Notes under the pieces: model-generated
The model's database searches: none
Told to the model about the DNA's origin: nothing
The model's input: the letters and a program-made list of their open reading frames with translations, nothing else
Made by a program: the position numbers and the translations under genes
Assembly: GCA_020429915.1 (NCBI GenBank)
Contig: JAGQKV010000006.1
Span: 5,458 to 69,457 of the forward strand
DNA from: Candidatus Omnitrophota bacterium
Lineage (GTDB): Bacteria; Omnitrophota; Gorgyraeia; Zapsychrales; Zapsychraceae
DNA: 64,000 nucleotides
Direction of reading: 5' to 3'
Part shown: positions 55,600 to 64,000 of the stretch, one piece after another
Numbering within the stretch: the stretch's first letter is position 1
Layout: every line of letters begins with the position of its first letter

Positions 55600-58045
55600 G
55601 CAGAAGTGGCAGGAATACTGGCGCACCCACAAGGTGTTTGAGGCCTCCTCCGATACCTCCCGTGAGAAATACTATGTGCTGGAGATGTACCCGTATCCCT
55701 CCGGCAAACTGCACATGGGGCACGTCCGCAACTATACCATCGGCGACGTAATAGCCCGTTTCCGCCGCATGCAGGGCTGCAATGTCCTCTATCCGATGGG
55801 TTTCGATTCCTTCGGCTTGCCCGCCGAGAATGCCGCCATCAAGAACAACGTCCATCCGCGCGCCTGGACCGATCAACGTATGAACGACATGGTCGCCCAG
55901 ATGAAGACGCTCGGTCTCAGCTATGACTGGACGCGTTTTCTGTACAGCCACAGCGAAGAATATTACCGCTGGAACCAGTGGATCTTTATCCAAATGTTCA
56001 AGCAGGGACTGGTATACCGAAAAAAGGCCCTGGTCAACTGGGACCCGGTGGATCAGACCGTACTGGCCAATGAGCAGGTGATCGACGGAAAAGGCTGGCG
56101 TTCCGGGGCGGAGGTCGAGAAGCGCGAGATCGACCAGTGGTTTATCAAGATCACCGCTTTTACCGAGGATCTGCTCGCCGACCTGGACAAGCTCGAGAAC
56201 TGGCCGGAACGGGTCAAGACGATGCAGCGCAACTGGATCGGCAAGAGCCACGGGACCACGATCAATTTCGACGTGCTCGACGCCGGCGGCAACAAGATCG
56301 ACGAACTGCAGACATTTACTACGCGTCCGGATACGGTTTTCGGAATCGAATACGTGGTGCTGGCGCCGGAGCATCCCAAGTGCCGCGAATGGGTGAAAGG
56401 ACGCGACCACGAACAGGATGTCCTGGATTTTATCGCCAGTATGGACAAGGAGTCCCTGATCGACCGTATGGGCGAGGGCCGCGAAAAGAACGGCCGGCCG
56501 CTCGGGGTCTTTGCCAGGAATCCGGTCAACGGCAAGGTCGTGCCGTTGTGGACGGCGGACTACGTATTGATGGATTATGGGACCGGCGCCGTCATGGCCG
56601 TGCCCGCGCACGATCAGCGTGATTATCTCTTCGCCAAAAAATATAATTTGCCGATCTCGGTGGTCATCCGGCCGGAAGACGTTGCCGAGCTGAAGGCCGA
56701 GGATATGACCGCGGCGTATGTCGAGCCGGGGATCATGGTCCATTCCGAGCAGTTCGACGGCATCGGCAGCACCGAGGCGATCACCAAGATTTCGGAATGG
56801 ATGGAGGAGCAGGGGACCGGTGAACGCACGATCACTTACCGTCTCAAGGACTGGCTGATTTCGCGCCAACGTTATTGGGGAACGCCGATCCCGATTTACT
56901 ACGACAATGACGGTAATCCACATCCCGTTCCGGAGAGCGAGCTGCCCGTCAAGCTTCCCGACGACATCGAATTCGGCAAGGGCAACCCGCTGCAGACCTC
57001 GGAGAGTTTTCGGTACTACACCGATCCGGACACCGGCAAACAATACCGCCGCGAGACAGACACCATGGACACCTTCTTCGATTCGTCTTGGTACTACATC
57101 CGGTACACCGACGCGCAGAACCGCAATGAAATCTTCAGCAAGGATATGGCCAACTACTGGCTGCCGGTGGACCAGTACATCGGCGGCATCGAGCATGCCA
57201 TCCTGCACTTGCTGTATTCCCGGTTTTTTACCAAGTTCTTCAAGAGCATCGGCCTGGTCGAGACCGAAGAGCCGTTCTTCCGGCTGCTGACCCAGGGGAT
57301 GGTTCTGTTGCACGGCGAGGTGATGTCTAAGTCCAAGGGCAACGTCGTCGATCCGGATGACATCATCAAGAAGTACGGCGCCGACTCGATGCGGTTGTTT
57401 ATCCTGTTTGCCGCGCCGCCCGAAGACCAGCTGGAATGGAACGACCAGGCCATCGACGGGGCATGGAAGTTTCTCGGGCGGATCTGGAGCCTGGTCGAGA
57501 AACGCTATCAGCCGACCGACGAGTTCGTCGATCCGTCCAAGTTCGACAAGGACGACAAAGACATCTTCCGCGAGATCAACGCCGCCGTTAAAAAGGTCGG
57601 CGAGGACATTCAGAATTACAAATTCAACACCGCCATCAGCTGCCTGATGATCCTCATGAACAACCTCGACAAGTATGAAGTCGATGAGGCCAAACCGCAC
57701 AAACAGGCCCTCTTCAACCACATCGCCCAGACCGTGGTCCTGCTGCTGGTCCCGTTTGCTCCGCATATGTGCGAGGAGTTATGGGAAAAGCTCGGGCACA
57801 GCGACTGCGCGGCGCTGACGACCTGGCCGGAGTTCGACGAAAAGGCGCTCGAGTTGGATGAGGTCGAGGTCATCGTCCAGGTCAACGGCAAACTGCGCGC
57901 GCGGGTGACCGTCGCCGCCGACATCGCCGAAGACGCCCTCAAAGAAATCTGCCTGGCCCAGGAGCACGTTAAGACCTTCGTCGACGGCAAGCCCATCCGC
58001 CGCTTCATCTACGTCCCCGGCAAACTGGCGAATATCGTCGTTTAA
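55565..58045 (+). CDS. leuS: Leucine--tRNA ligase
   Basis: '[20 protein letters not shown]' (HIGH) and '[10 protein letters not shown]' (KMSKS). 826 aa. Confidence 0.97.
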   Translation: MPYTIHEIKKIEQKWQEYWRTHKVFEASSDTSREKYYVLEMYPYPSGKLHMGHVRNYTIGDVIARFRRMQGCNVLYPMGFDSFGLPAENAAIKNNVHPRAWTDQRMNDMVAQMKTLGLSYDWTRFLYSHSEEYYRWNQWIFIQMFKQGLVYRKKALVNWDPVDQTVLANEQVIDGKGWRSGAEVEKREIDQWFIKITAFTEDLLADLDKLENWPERVKTMQRNWIGKSHGTTINFDVLDAGGNKIDELQTFTTRPDTVFGIEYVVLAPEHPKCREWVKGRDHEQDVLDFIASMDKESLIDRMGEGREKNGRPLGVFARNPVNGKVVPLWTADYVLMDYGTGAVMAVPAHDQRDYLFAKKYNLPISVVIRPEDVAELKAEDMTAAYVEPGIMVHSEQFDGIGSTEAITKISEWMEEQGTGERTITYRLKDWLISRQRYWGTPIPIYYDNDGNPHPVPESELPVKLPDDIEFGKGNPLQTSESFRYYTDPDTGKQYRRETDTMDTFFDSSWYYIRYTDAQNRNEIFSKDMANYWLPVDQYIGGIEHAILHLLYSRFFTKFFKSIGLVETEEPFFRLLTQGMVLLHGEVMSKSKGNVVDPDDIIKKYGADSMRLFILFAAPPEDQLEWNDQAIDGAWKFLGRIWSLVEKRYQPTDEFVDPSKFDKDDKDIFREINAAVKKVGEDIQNYKFNTAISCLMILMNNLDKYEVDEAKPHKQALFNHIAQTVVLLLVPFAPHMCEELWEKLGHSDCAALTTWPEFDEKALELDEVEVIVQVNGKLRARVTVAADIAEDALKEICLAQEHVKTFVDGKPIRRFIYVPGKLANIVV

Positions 58046-58095
58046 TCCACCCTTACTATCACTCGCTTCCCCTCCCAAACAAAGCGTTGCCTAAT

Positions 58096-58113
58096 GGTAA
58101 CATTTGTGTTACC
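58096..58113 (+). promoter_or_regulatory. Perfect 7-4-7 palindrome (putative operator) overlapping the toxin start region
   Basis: GGTAACA-tttg-TGTTACC, 3-20 nt upstream of the ATG at 58116. Confidence 0.45.
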
Positions 58114-58115
58114 TT

Positions 58116-58439
58116 ATGATTAGAGTCGAGGAATATATCACCGCAGACGGAAGGAGTCCGTTTGCGGAATGGTTTGATGGTCTGAGTCCGCAGGCGGCGG
58201 CCAAGGTAAATACCTATTTAACCCGTGTCGGATATGGAAATACGTCCAGTTTCAAGCCAATAAAAGGTGCGTTGCAGGAGATCCGCATCAACTGGGGTCC
58301 CGGTTACCGGATTTATGTCGGCCGGGACGGCCGAACAGTAATTATTTTATTGGGCGGCGGGACCAAACAACGGCAGCAGAAAGATATTCAAACCGCTGCG
58401 GCCCTGTGGGATGAATATAAGAATCGTAAAAAGGGATGA
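58116..58439 (+). CDS. Type II toxin, RelE/ParE superfamily (HigB/HI1419-type addiction-module killer protein)
   Basis: 'MIRVEEYITADGRSPFAEWFDGL...IKGALQEIRINWGPGYRIYVGRDGRTVIILLGGGTKQRQQKDIQTA' fits the HI1419-like killer family. An alternative TTG start lies at 58104. Confidence 0.7.
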   Translation: MIRVEEYITADGRSPFAEWFDGLSPQAAAKVNTYLTRVGYGNTSSFKPIKGALQEIRINWGPGYRIYVGRDGRTVIILLGGGTKQRQQKDIQTAAALWDEYKNRKKG

Positions 58440-58443
58440 CCTT

Positions 58444-58761
58444 ATGGCGATCACACGGAAATTTAAGGGGACCGTTCAGGCCCGCGCCGAGCGCGATCCC
58501 GAGTTTCGCACAGCAATCCTGCGGGAGAGTATTGAGTGTATGCTCGCTGGAGATCTCAAAACGGGCAAGGCATTGCTGAGGGATTATATCAACGCGGCAG
58601 TCGGATTTGAAAAGCTGAGCAAGCTGACGAAAAAGGATCCCAAGAGCCTGATGCGCATGTTCAGCGCCACCGGCAATCCCACCGCCGCTAATTTGTTTCA
58701 GGTGATCAGGATTTTGCAGAAGAAGGAAGGTGTACGGTTTGTTGTTAGAGCGGTAGACTAA
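58444..58761 (+). CDS. Addiction-module antidote protein (HigA/HI1420-type HTH antitoxin)
   Basis: Starts 5 nt after the toxin stop. 'MAITRKFKGTVQARAERDPEFRTAILRESIECMLAGDLKTGKALLRDYINA...' matches the putative addiction-module antidote family. Confidence 0.65.
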   Translation: MAITRKFKGTVQARAERDPEFRTAILRESIECMLAGDLKTGKALLRDYINAAVGFEKLSKLTKKDPKSLMRMFSATGNPTAANLFQVIRILQKKEGVRFVVRAVD

Positions 58762-58783
58762 ACGAAGATTATATAAGAATTCC

Positions 58784-59269
58784 ATGAAAGTTTTCAAAAC
58801 CAAATTGTCCAGTCACTTACCGTTTCTTTTCCTAGATGGAATAGTATTGGGTGTACTCTGTTTTGGTGGGATCGGTAAAAGTAATTTGCCGGCAGATATT
58901 CTGATTACTTCTACTGTATTCATGGTGTTTTTGCTTGTAGGTCATGTTCTACTCTTTAGCAGACGTCTCATTATATCAGAATCGAACATTACCGAGACAA
59001 TCCTAGGAAAATGGCATCGCGGTTTAAACTGGACAGACGTAGCAAAAGTTCACAGCACTTACCTGTTGTATCCGGAGTCTGAAGGAATACTTATCTTGAA
59101 GACGAAGACAAGTTCAAGGCAAAAGGGACTCGCAATTCTTATCACATCATATCCAATTGAAGCTTTGCGAGAATTCCTGAGGCGTACACCGGAGGACGTG
59201 CCGGTCTATATCTACAAGTACCTTCAACGAAAGTTGGACAGTCAGCAAACACTTTTTTACAGTGATTAG
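58784..59269 (+). CDS. Orphan membrane protein in a low-GC islet
   Basis: 161 aa, two TM helices, about 42% GC versus ~60% for the window, AT-rich codon usage. Confidence 0.4.
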   Translation: MKVFKTKLSSHLPFLFLDGIVLGVLCFGGIGKSNLPADILITSTVFMVFLLVGHVLLFSRRLIISESNITETILGKWHRGLNWTDVAKVHSTYLLYPESEGILILKTKTSSRQKGLAILITSYPIEALREFLRRTPEDVPVYIYKYLQRKLDSQQTLFYSD

Positions 59270-59330
59270 CTACTCATAGCCTGGTCTAACACACCCCCAT
59301 CCCCACCCGTTTCCCCTCGGAACATGGAAG

Positions 59331-59678
59331 ATGTTTTCTTTATCGAAGAACGAGACCCGCTTTGTGCTGGTCGTCCTGGCCGTGATCCTTTCGGGATCGG
59401 GGCTGAACTATCTCATCAAATGTTATCCGCATTTGTTGCAGATCGTCAATCTCGTCGACAGCGAGTGGATCTATCCGTGGTATGACGTCAACACGGCCAC
59501 GGCCGACGAACTCATCCAAATCCCGTACATCGGCAATTATACCGCGCGAGCGATCATCCGGTTCCGAGAAGAGCGCGGACCGGTCACCGATCTCGAACAA
59601 CTCAAAGAAATCCCCGGTATCCGCGATGCCAATTTTCGGCGCTTTGCCCCCTACCTGCGGGTGAGGAGGCAAAAATGA
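59331..59678 (+). CDS. comEA: ComEA-family helix-hairpin-helix DNA-binding competence protein
   Basis: 'VNTATADELIQIPYIGNYTARAIIRFREERGPVTDLEQLKEIPGIRDANFRRF' is the classic ComEA HhH tandem. Confidence 0.8.
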   Translation: MFSLSKNETRFVLVVLAVILSGSGLNYLIKCYPHLLQIVNLVDSEWIYPWYDVNTATADELIQIPYIGNYTARAIIRFREERGPVTDLEQLKEIPGIRDANFRRFAPYLRVRRQK

Positions 59679-61240
59679 AGCCGCGCGGGCCGGCGCTGTT
59701 GTGGCTGACCGGCGCGTTCATGGTCGGGATCGTGTTGGACGGACACGTCACCTTACCGCACGTGATCAGTGCCTTTGGTGCGGCCGGACTCTTGTTGAGC
59801 CTGAAAACGATCCGCGACCGCGGCCGCGCCCGCGCGTTTTTGGTCGGTATTTTGTGTCTGTGCGCCGGTGTGATTCATACCCGGGCTCATCAGTACCTTG
59901 CGGCCGATCACATCGTTCGTCACGCCAAATCCCTGGGTTCCCGTCCGCTTACCGTGGAGGGGGTGGTGGTCTCCGAGGTCCGCCGCCGTGTTCTGGTCAA
60001 CACGGTCAAGACATCGTTCACCTTAAAGATGGAACGCGTTATGGTCGACGGAACGGTACGTGCTGTTTGCGGCCGGGTGCTGGTCAATCTCTTTGCTCCC
60101 GTCGACGTAATCTACGGTGACCGGCTGCGCCTCACCGGGAAATTGCACCGGCCGTTTGAATTCTCCGCCAACGATAATTTTTCCTACCGTAAGTATTTGC
60201 AAAACAAGGGCGTTCACTACATCTTCAGCGTCAAGCGTGGAAATCCGGTAGCGATCACCGGGCAGGACGCCCGCTACCGCTGGCGCGCCGTTTTCCTTGA
60301 AGCACGCCGGCGGCTGATCGGGTATCTCAAAGGGTATCTGACGGAAAACGAAACCGGTATCATGCAGGCGGTCGTGCTCGGCGAACGCTCGGCCATTCCG
60401 CCGCATGTCCGTGAACTCTTCGTGCGCACCGGCACCGCGCACGTGCTGGCGGTCAGCGGCCTGCATGTGGGGATCGTGGCGCTGCTGGTCATGACGGCAC
60501 TGCAGCTTCTGCGCCTGCCGCGGAGTTGGCAATATGTGCTGACTATAGTGCTGATTATGTTGTATGTTCTGCTGACCGGCGCGCGGCCGTCCACGGTGCG
60601 CGCGGCGGTGATGTCGGTCGTCTTCGTCGGCAGTCTGATCCGCGAACGCGAAGCGAATGCCCTGGCGATGTTGAGCTGCGCGGCGCTGCTGATCCTCCTG
60701 AACAATCCTTTGAACCTGTACGATATCGGTTTTCAGCTGTCTTTCGCCTGTATCCTGGCGATGATCACCATCGGCCGGCGTCTCGAAAGGGCGATCGAAC
60801 CGCTGGCGGAACGCCGTGAGTGGAAAGGCTGGCGCCGGCGGCTGCTGCGTGCGGTCATCATTTCGTTTGCGGTATGGATCGGGGTGGAAGGGCTGGTGAT
60901 GTATCACTTCAATCTGATCACCCCGGTGTCGGTGCTGGCGAATGTGTTCGTGATCCCGCTCATTACCGCGGTGGTCCTGCTCGGGACGGGATTGCTGAGT
61001 ACGGCGCTGTGCTGGCCGTGGCTGGCCGCGCAGGCGGCCGTCTGCCTGAAGGCGGCGTTGAGCCTGATGGTGGCCGTGACATTTCTGTGCGCCCGCCTGC
61101 CCGGGGCGTATATCTACATCCGGCCTATCGGCTTGCCGGAACTGGCGCTCTATTATGTTATTATTGGGATGATTTTTGGAATGCCGTGGGGTATAATAGG
61201 GTCAAAATTCAACCTCTTTCAGCTCTGGTCGAAAAATTGA
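59675..61240 (+). CDS. comEC: ComEC/Rec2-family DNA internalisation channel (competence domain only, no metallo-beta-lactamase domain)
   Basis: 'TGTAHVLAVSGLHVGIVALL' ComEC signature. 521 aa. Confidence 0.8.
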   Translation: MKPRGPALLWLTGAFMVGIVLDGHVTLPHVISAFGAAGLLLSLKTIRDRGRARAFLVGILCLCAGVIHTRAHQYLAADHIVRHAKSLGSRPLTVEGVVVSEVRRRVLVNTVKTSFTLKMERVMVDGTVRAVCGRVLVNLFAPVDVIYGDRLRLTGKLHRPFEFSANDNFSYRKYLQNKGVHYIFSVKRGNPVAITGQDARYRWRAVFLEARRRLIGYLKGYLTENETGIMQAVVLGERSAIPPHVRELFVRTGTAHVLAVSGLHVGIVALLVMTALQLLRLPRSWQYVLTIVLIMLYVLLTGARPSTVRAAVMSVVFVGSLIREREANALAMLSCAALLILLNNPLNLYDIGFQLSFACILAMITIGRRLERAIEPLAERREWKGWRRRLLRAVIISFAVWIGVEGLVMYHFNLITPVSVLANVFVIPLITAVVLLGTGLLSTALCWPWLAAQAAVCLKAALSLMVAVTFLCARLPGAYIYIRPIGLPELALYYVIIGMIFGMPWGIIGSKFNLFQLWSKN

Positions 61241-61272
61241 CATTCGGGCCGGAGTGTGTAGAATAGGCCGAT

Positions 61273-62235
61273 ATGAAACGAATCCCGCTTACTCTATTAT
61301 GTCTGATCTGCCTGCTGGGCGGCGCGGCCGTGCCGGCGCAGGCCTTCTGGGTATGGACCCCCGAGACCAACAAATGGGTCAATCCCAAGTACGCGGTCAA
61401 GGACACCCCCAAGGAACAATTCGAATTCGCCATGGGTTTCTTCGAGGCGAAAGACTACAAAGAGGCTATCCGAGAATTCCGCAAACTGCTCAAGAATTAC
61501 CCGCGTTCGGTGGAGGCCCCCGATGCCCAGTTTTACATCGGCAAGGTCTTCGAGGCCGAAGGCGACCTGATGGGAGCGTTCAAGCACTATCAGAAGGTGG
61601 TCGACCGCTACCCGTTCAGTGAACGGTCCGGTGACATCGTTCAGCAGCAGTATGACATCGCGGTAAAGATGCTGGAGGGGGAACAAGAACGCGGCATGCT
61701 CAAGGAGATCATTTCCGGCAGCGGCCCCGATTATGACGTCATCGAGGTCTTCCGCACGGTGATTAAGAACGCACCGTACGGCCCGTTGGCCGCGGTGTCC
61801 CAATACAAAATTGGCCTCTACCTGATGGAAAAGGGGATGTACCCGGACGCGCGGGACGAATTCGAAAAGGTGATCAACGACTACCCTACCAGCGAATGGG
61901 TGAAGGCCGCCCAATACCAGATCGCGGTGGCCGATTCCAAGCGGTCCGTTGACGCCGAGTACGATCAGCGCATCACCGCCTCGGCCAAGGAAGAGTTTCA
62001 GGATTTCCTGGAGGTCTACCCGGACGCGGAACTGTCCGACAAGGCCAAGGACGAAATCGAGCGCCTCAAGGACAAGGAAGCCGAAAACAACTTCGTCATC
62101 GCGCAGTTTTACGAAAAACAAAAGCGCTTTGAATCCGCCAAGATTTACTACCAAATCGTCGTCGACCAATATCCCACATCCAAGTGGTCCTCCAAGTCGC
62201 TCAAGAGGATCCGGGAGTTGAATAAAAAGGATTAA
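61273..62235 (+). CDS. BamD/YfiO-like TPR lipoprotein
   Basis: Signal peptide. TPR hairpins ('FEFAMGFFEAKDYKEAIREFRKLLKNYPRSVEAPDAQFYIGKVFEA..', 'AVSQYKIGLYLMEKGMYPDARDEFEKVINDYPTSEWVKAAQYQIAV'). Position next to lptE. Confidence 0.6.
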   Translation: MKRIPLTLLCLICLLGGAAVPAQAFWVWTPETNKWVNPKYAVKDTPKEQFEFAMGFFEAKDYKEAIREFRKLLKNYPRSVEAPDAQFYIGKVFEAEGDLMGAFKHYQKVVDRYPFSERSGDIVQQQYDIAVKMLEGEQERGMLKEIISGSGPDYDVIEVFRTVIKNAPYGPLAAVSQYKIGLYLMEKGMYPDARDEFEKVINDYPTSEWVKAAQYQIAVADSKRSVDAEYDQRITASAKEEFQDFLEVYPDAELSDKAKDEIERLKDKEAENNFVIAQFYEKQKRFESAKIYYQIVVDQYPTSKWSSKSLKRIRELNKKD

Positions 62236-62762
62236 TGAAACTCTTCCGCGTGCTTATCCTTTTGACCGTGGCCGTTTCACTTTATGGCTGCGGTTATACC
62301 TTCAAATCCGCGCTGCCCGCCGGTCTGACCACCATCTACGTGGAGACGTTCGAGAACAAGATCGACTTTACCGCCGAGAACCGCCGCAATCTGTATCTCC
62401 CGCTGCTCGAGCAGGACGTGCGCCGCGCCGTGACCGACCGCTTTCTGTTTGACGGAAATCTGAAACTCAATGACGAAAATAACGCTGATCTGATCCTGAC
62501 CGGAAAACTCCTGAACTACCGCCGGGTCGGTTTGCGCTTTTCCAGCAACGACGACGTTGAGGAGTATCGCGTTTACATCACGGTCAGTCTGACATTGACC
62601 CGTAACGGCGAGGAAGAACCGATGTGGGAGGAGTCGTCGTTTATCGGCGAGGCCACCTATTTCGTGAGCGGATCTCGGGCGACCAGCGAAGAATCGGCCG
62701 TGCGCGAGGCCGTGGAAGATTTGGCCCGCCGCATCGTCGAGCGGACCGTCGAGAATTGGTAA
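62235..62762 (+). CDS. lptE: LPS-assembly lipoprotein LptE
   Basis: Lipobox 'SLYGCGY', 175 aa, LptE-like sequence, and conserved neighbour holA downstream. Confidence 0.7.
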   Translation: MKLFRVLILLTVAVSLYGCGYTFKSALPAGLTTIYVETFENKIDFTAENRRNLYLPLLEQDVRRAVTDRFLFDGNLKLNDENNADLILTGKLLNYRRVGLRFSSNDDVEEYRVYITVSLTLTRNGEEEPMWEESSFIGEATYFVSGSRATSEESAVREAVEDLARRIVERTVENW

Positions 62763-62804
62763 CGGCCGATATGCGAGACCACCGGACGGGAGGCTGACCA
62801 CCGC

Positions 62805-63452
62805 ATGATTTACTTACTCAAAGGCGATGACTACCGGGCCAAAGAAGCCAAGATCGACGCATTGAAAAAGGAAATCCTCGTCCACCCGGACGCGCCGCGC
62901 TTCGACTTCGACCACTTCAACGCCGAAAAGCTTCCCCCCGCTGAGTTAAAGAAAGCCCTCGTGGCCGTACCGGCTGTCAATCCCCGCCGTCTTGTTTTTA
63001 TCCGAAATATCCAAAAAGCCGTCGAACAGAATCAGAGGATCCTGCTGGAGTTCGCGCAGAGTGAACCGGATCATTGCGTGGTGATTGGCGATATCAGCGC
63101 TCCGTCGCAAAAGGGGTTCCTGACCAAACTTTCCAAGATCGGCCGGAAGCTTGAGTTCGATGCGGGCCGAAAGACCGTGGTGTGGGACGTAACCAACCAG
63201 ATCGAAGCCCGGAATACGAAGGAGGCGGTGCGTTTGTTATGTGTGATGATCAGCGAAGGGAATCATCCGCTGCAGATCATGGGGGGATTGGTTTGGTTTT
63301 GGGGCAGAATGAAGAACAAAGTCCCGGCGGGAAGATTTCAGCAGGGCTTGCGGGAATTGCAGGCCGCCGACTTGAATATAAAACGATCCCGGCTGGCGCC
63401 GGATCACGCGGTTCAGATTCTGGTTACGAAGCTATGCTTGTTAGCAGCTTAG
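62805..63452 (+). CDS. holA: DNA polymerase III delta subunit (short form)
   Basis: 'MIYLLKGDDYRAKEAKIDALKKEI' is a typical HolA N-terminus. Conserved lptE-holA synteny. Only 215 aa. Confidence 0.6.
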   Translation: MIYLLKGDDYRAKEAKIDALKKEILVHPDAPRFDFDHFNAEKLPPAELKKALVAVPAVNPRRLVFIRNIQKAVEQNQRILLEFAQSEPDHCVVIGDISAPSQKGFLTKLSKIGRKLEFDAGRKTVVWDVTNQIEARNTKEAVRLLCVMISEGNHPLQIMGGLVWFWGRMKNKVPAGRFQQGLRELQAADLNIKRSRLAPDHAVQILVTKLCLLAA

Positions 63453-63690
63453 CGTAGCGGGACTTGCGGCGGCCGGCCGTGTTCTTTTGCAGGATGCCTC
63501 TTTTAGCGGCCTTATCCAGCTTCTTGTACACCGTCTTCAGATTTGATTTGGCCTCATCCCCGTTTTTTTCTTCGACCGACTTGATGTAGGACTTGACCGT
63601 CTTCTTCAGATCCGTTTTGATGTCCAGATTGCGCAGATGCCGCTTGCGGTTCTTACGTAACTCTTTGACGCCTGAGTATCTTTGTGGCAC
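63424..63690 (-). CDS. rpsT: 30S ribosomal protein S20
   Basis: 88 aa, '...ELRKNRKRHLRNLDIKTDLKKTVKSYIKSVEEKNGDEA...AAKRGILQKNTAGRRKSRYAKL'. Divergent from murJ as in many bacteria. Confidence 0.9.
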   Translation of the reverse strand: MPQRYSGVKELRKNRKRHLRNLDIKTDLKKTVKSYIKSVEEKNGDEAKSNLKTVYKKLDKAAKRGILQKNTAGRRKSRYAKLLTSIAS

Positions 63691-63768
63691 AGTCGTGACT
63701 CCTTTGTGTGTTAACGAAAATCGCTTCCCTTGCGTAAATGAGCGATAAATATAGCAAATAGGGGATTA

Positions 63769-64000
63769 AATGTCAAATGATAAATTGTCCCCGGAGCCCT
63801 CTCCCGGGGCCCGGCCGGCCCCGGACCACGATTCCCACCGATCGCTGATCCGTTCCACCTCGATCCTGTCGCTGGGGACCCTCAGTTCCCGGATTTTGGG
63901 CTTTTTGCGGGATATCGTGCTTGCCCGGCTGCTGGGAACGGGACTCCGGGCGGACGCCTTTTTTGTCGCCCTGAAAATCCCTAACCTGTTCCGGGACATG
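63769..64000 (+). CDS. murJ: Lipid II flippase MurJ (MviN), 5' fragment running off the window
   Basis: 'SLIRSTSILSLGTLSSRILGFLRDIVLARLLGTGLRADAFFVALKIPNLFRDM' is the MurJ N-terminus. Not in the supplied ORF track; truncated at the window end. Confidence 0.8.

Noticed and set aside
55532-57766. 744-aa ORF on the minus strand
   Set aside because: It is antisense to leuS (HIGH and KMSKS motifs on the + strand).
1-64000. CRISPR arrays, IS elements, integrases, tRNA or rRNA genes
   Set aside because: I found no regularly spaced direct repeats, no transposase or integrase-like ORFs, and no tRNA-like cloverleaf or rRNA-like segments on reading both strands.

Overview
This 64 kb window is GC-rich (about 60%) and looks like a diderm bacterium: it carries LptE, a BamD-like lipoprotein, tandem PilZ proteins, ComEA/ComEC and MurJ. 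Almost everything is on the + strand; only thiS-thiG-thiH and rpsT are on the - strand.

The first ~34 kb (388-33920) is the unusual part. It is one co-directional, tightly packed gene array with many 4-nt ATGA/GTGA overlaps. The upstream half (388-14804) encodes a YfhO-like protein, at least five GT-C type polytopic membrane glycosyltransferases (one carrying a C-terminal TPR domain, two being tandem 591-aa paralogs), a DegT-family sugar aminotransferase and an SDR. The downstream half (14819-33920) is a dense tailoring cluster with two tandem SPASM/twitch radical SAM enzymes, four B12-binding radical SAM enzymes, three membrane-anchored SGNH hydrolases with a TPR insertion plus a GT2-SGNH-TPR fusion, a DUF5989 micro-protein, a PP-loop ATPase and cysteine desulfurase pair, and a GT9 heptosyltransferase. 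I know of no characterised pathway with this composition. I read it as a candidate undescribed system that makes a heavily tailored (C-methylated, acyl-edited and/or sulfur-containing) surface glycan or glycolipid.

Downstream there is a lower-GC segment with two tandem PilZ proteins, then a carbohydrate uptake/catabolism locus. That locus holds a GH94-like phosphorylase, a CUT1-type ABC binding protein and two permeases, a secreted GH2-like enzyme with a novel repeated N-terminal module, a CBM-like lipoprotein, a coiled-coil protein and LacI. After that come housekeeping genes (mnmG, cysK, a TVP38/DedA membrane protein, thiS-thiG-thiH on the - strand, leuS), a low-GC islet with a HigB/HigA-type toxin-antitoxin pair and an orphan membrane protein, comEA/comEC, a BamD-like TPR lipoprotein, lptE, a short holA, rpsT (-) and the 5' end of murJ.

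No CRISPR arrays, transposases, integrases, rRNA or tRNA genes were recognised. Many long antisense ORFs in the six-frame track are GC-bias artefacts.
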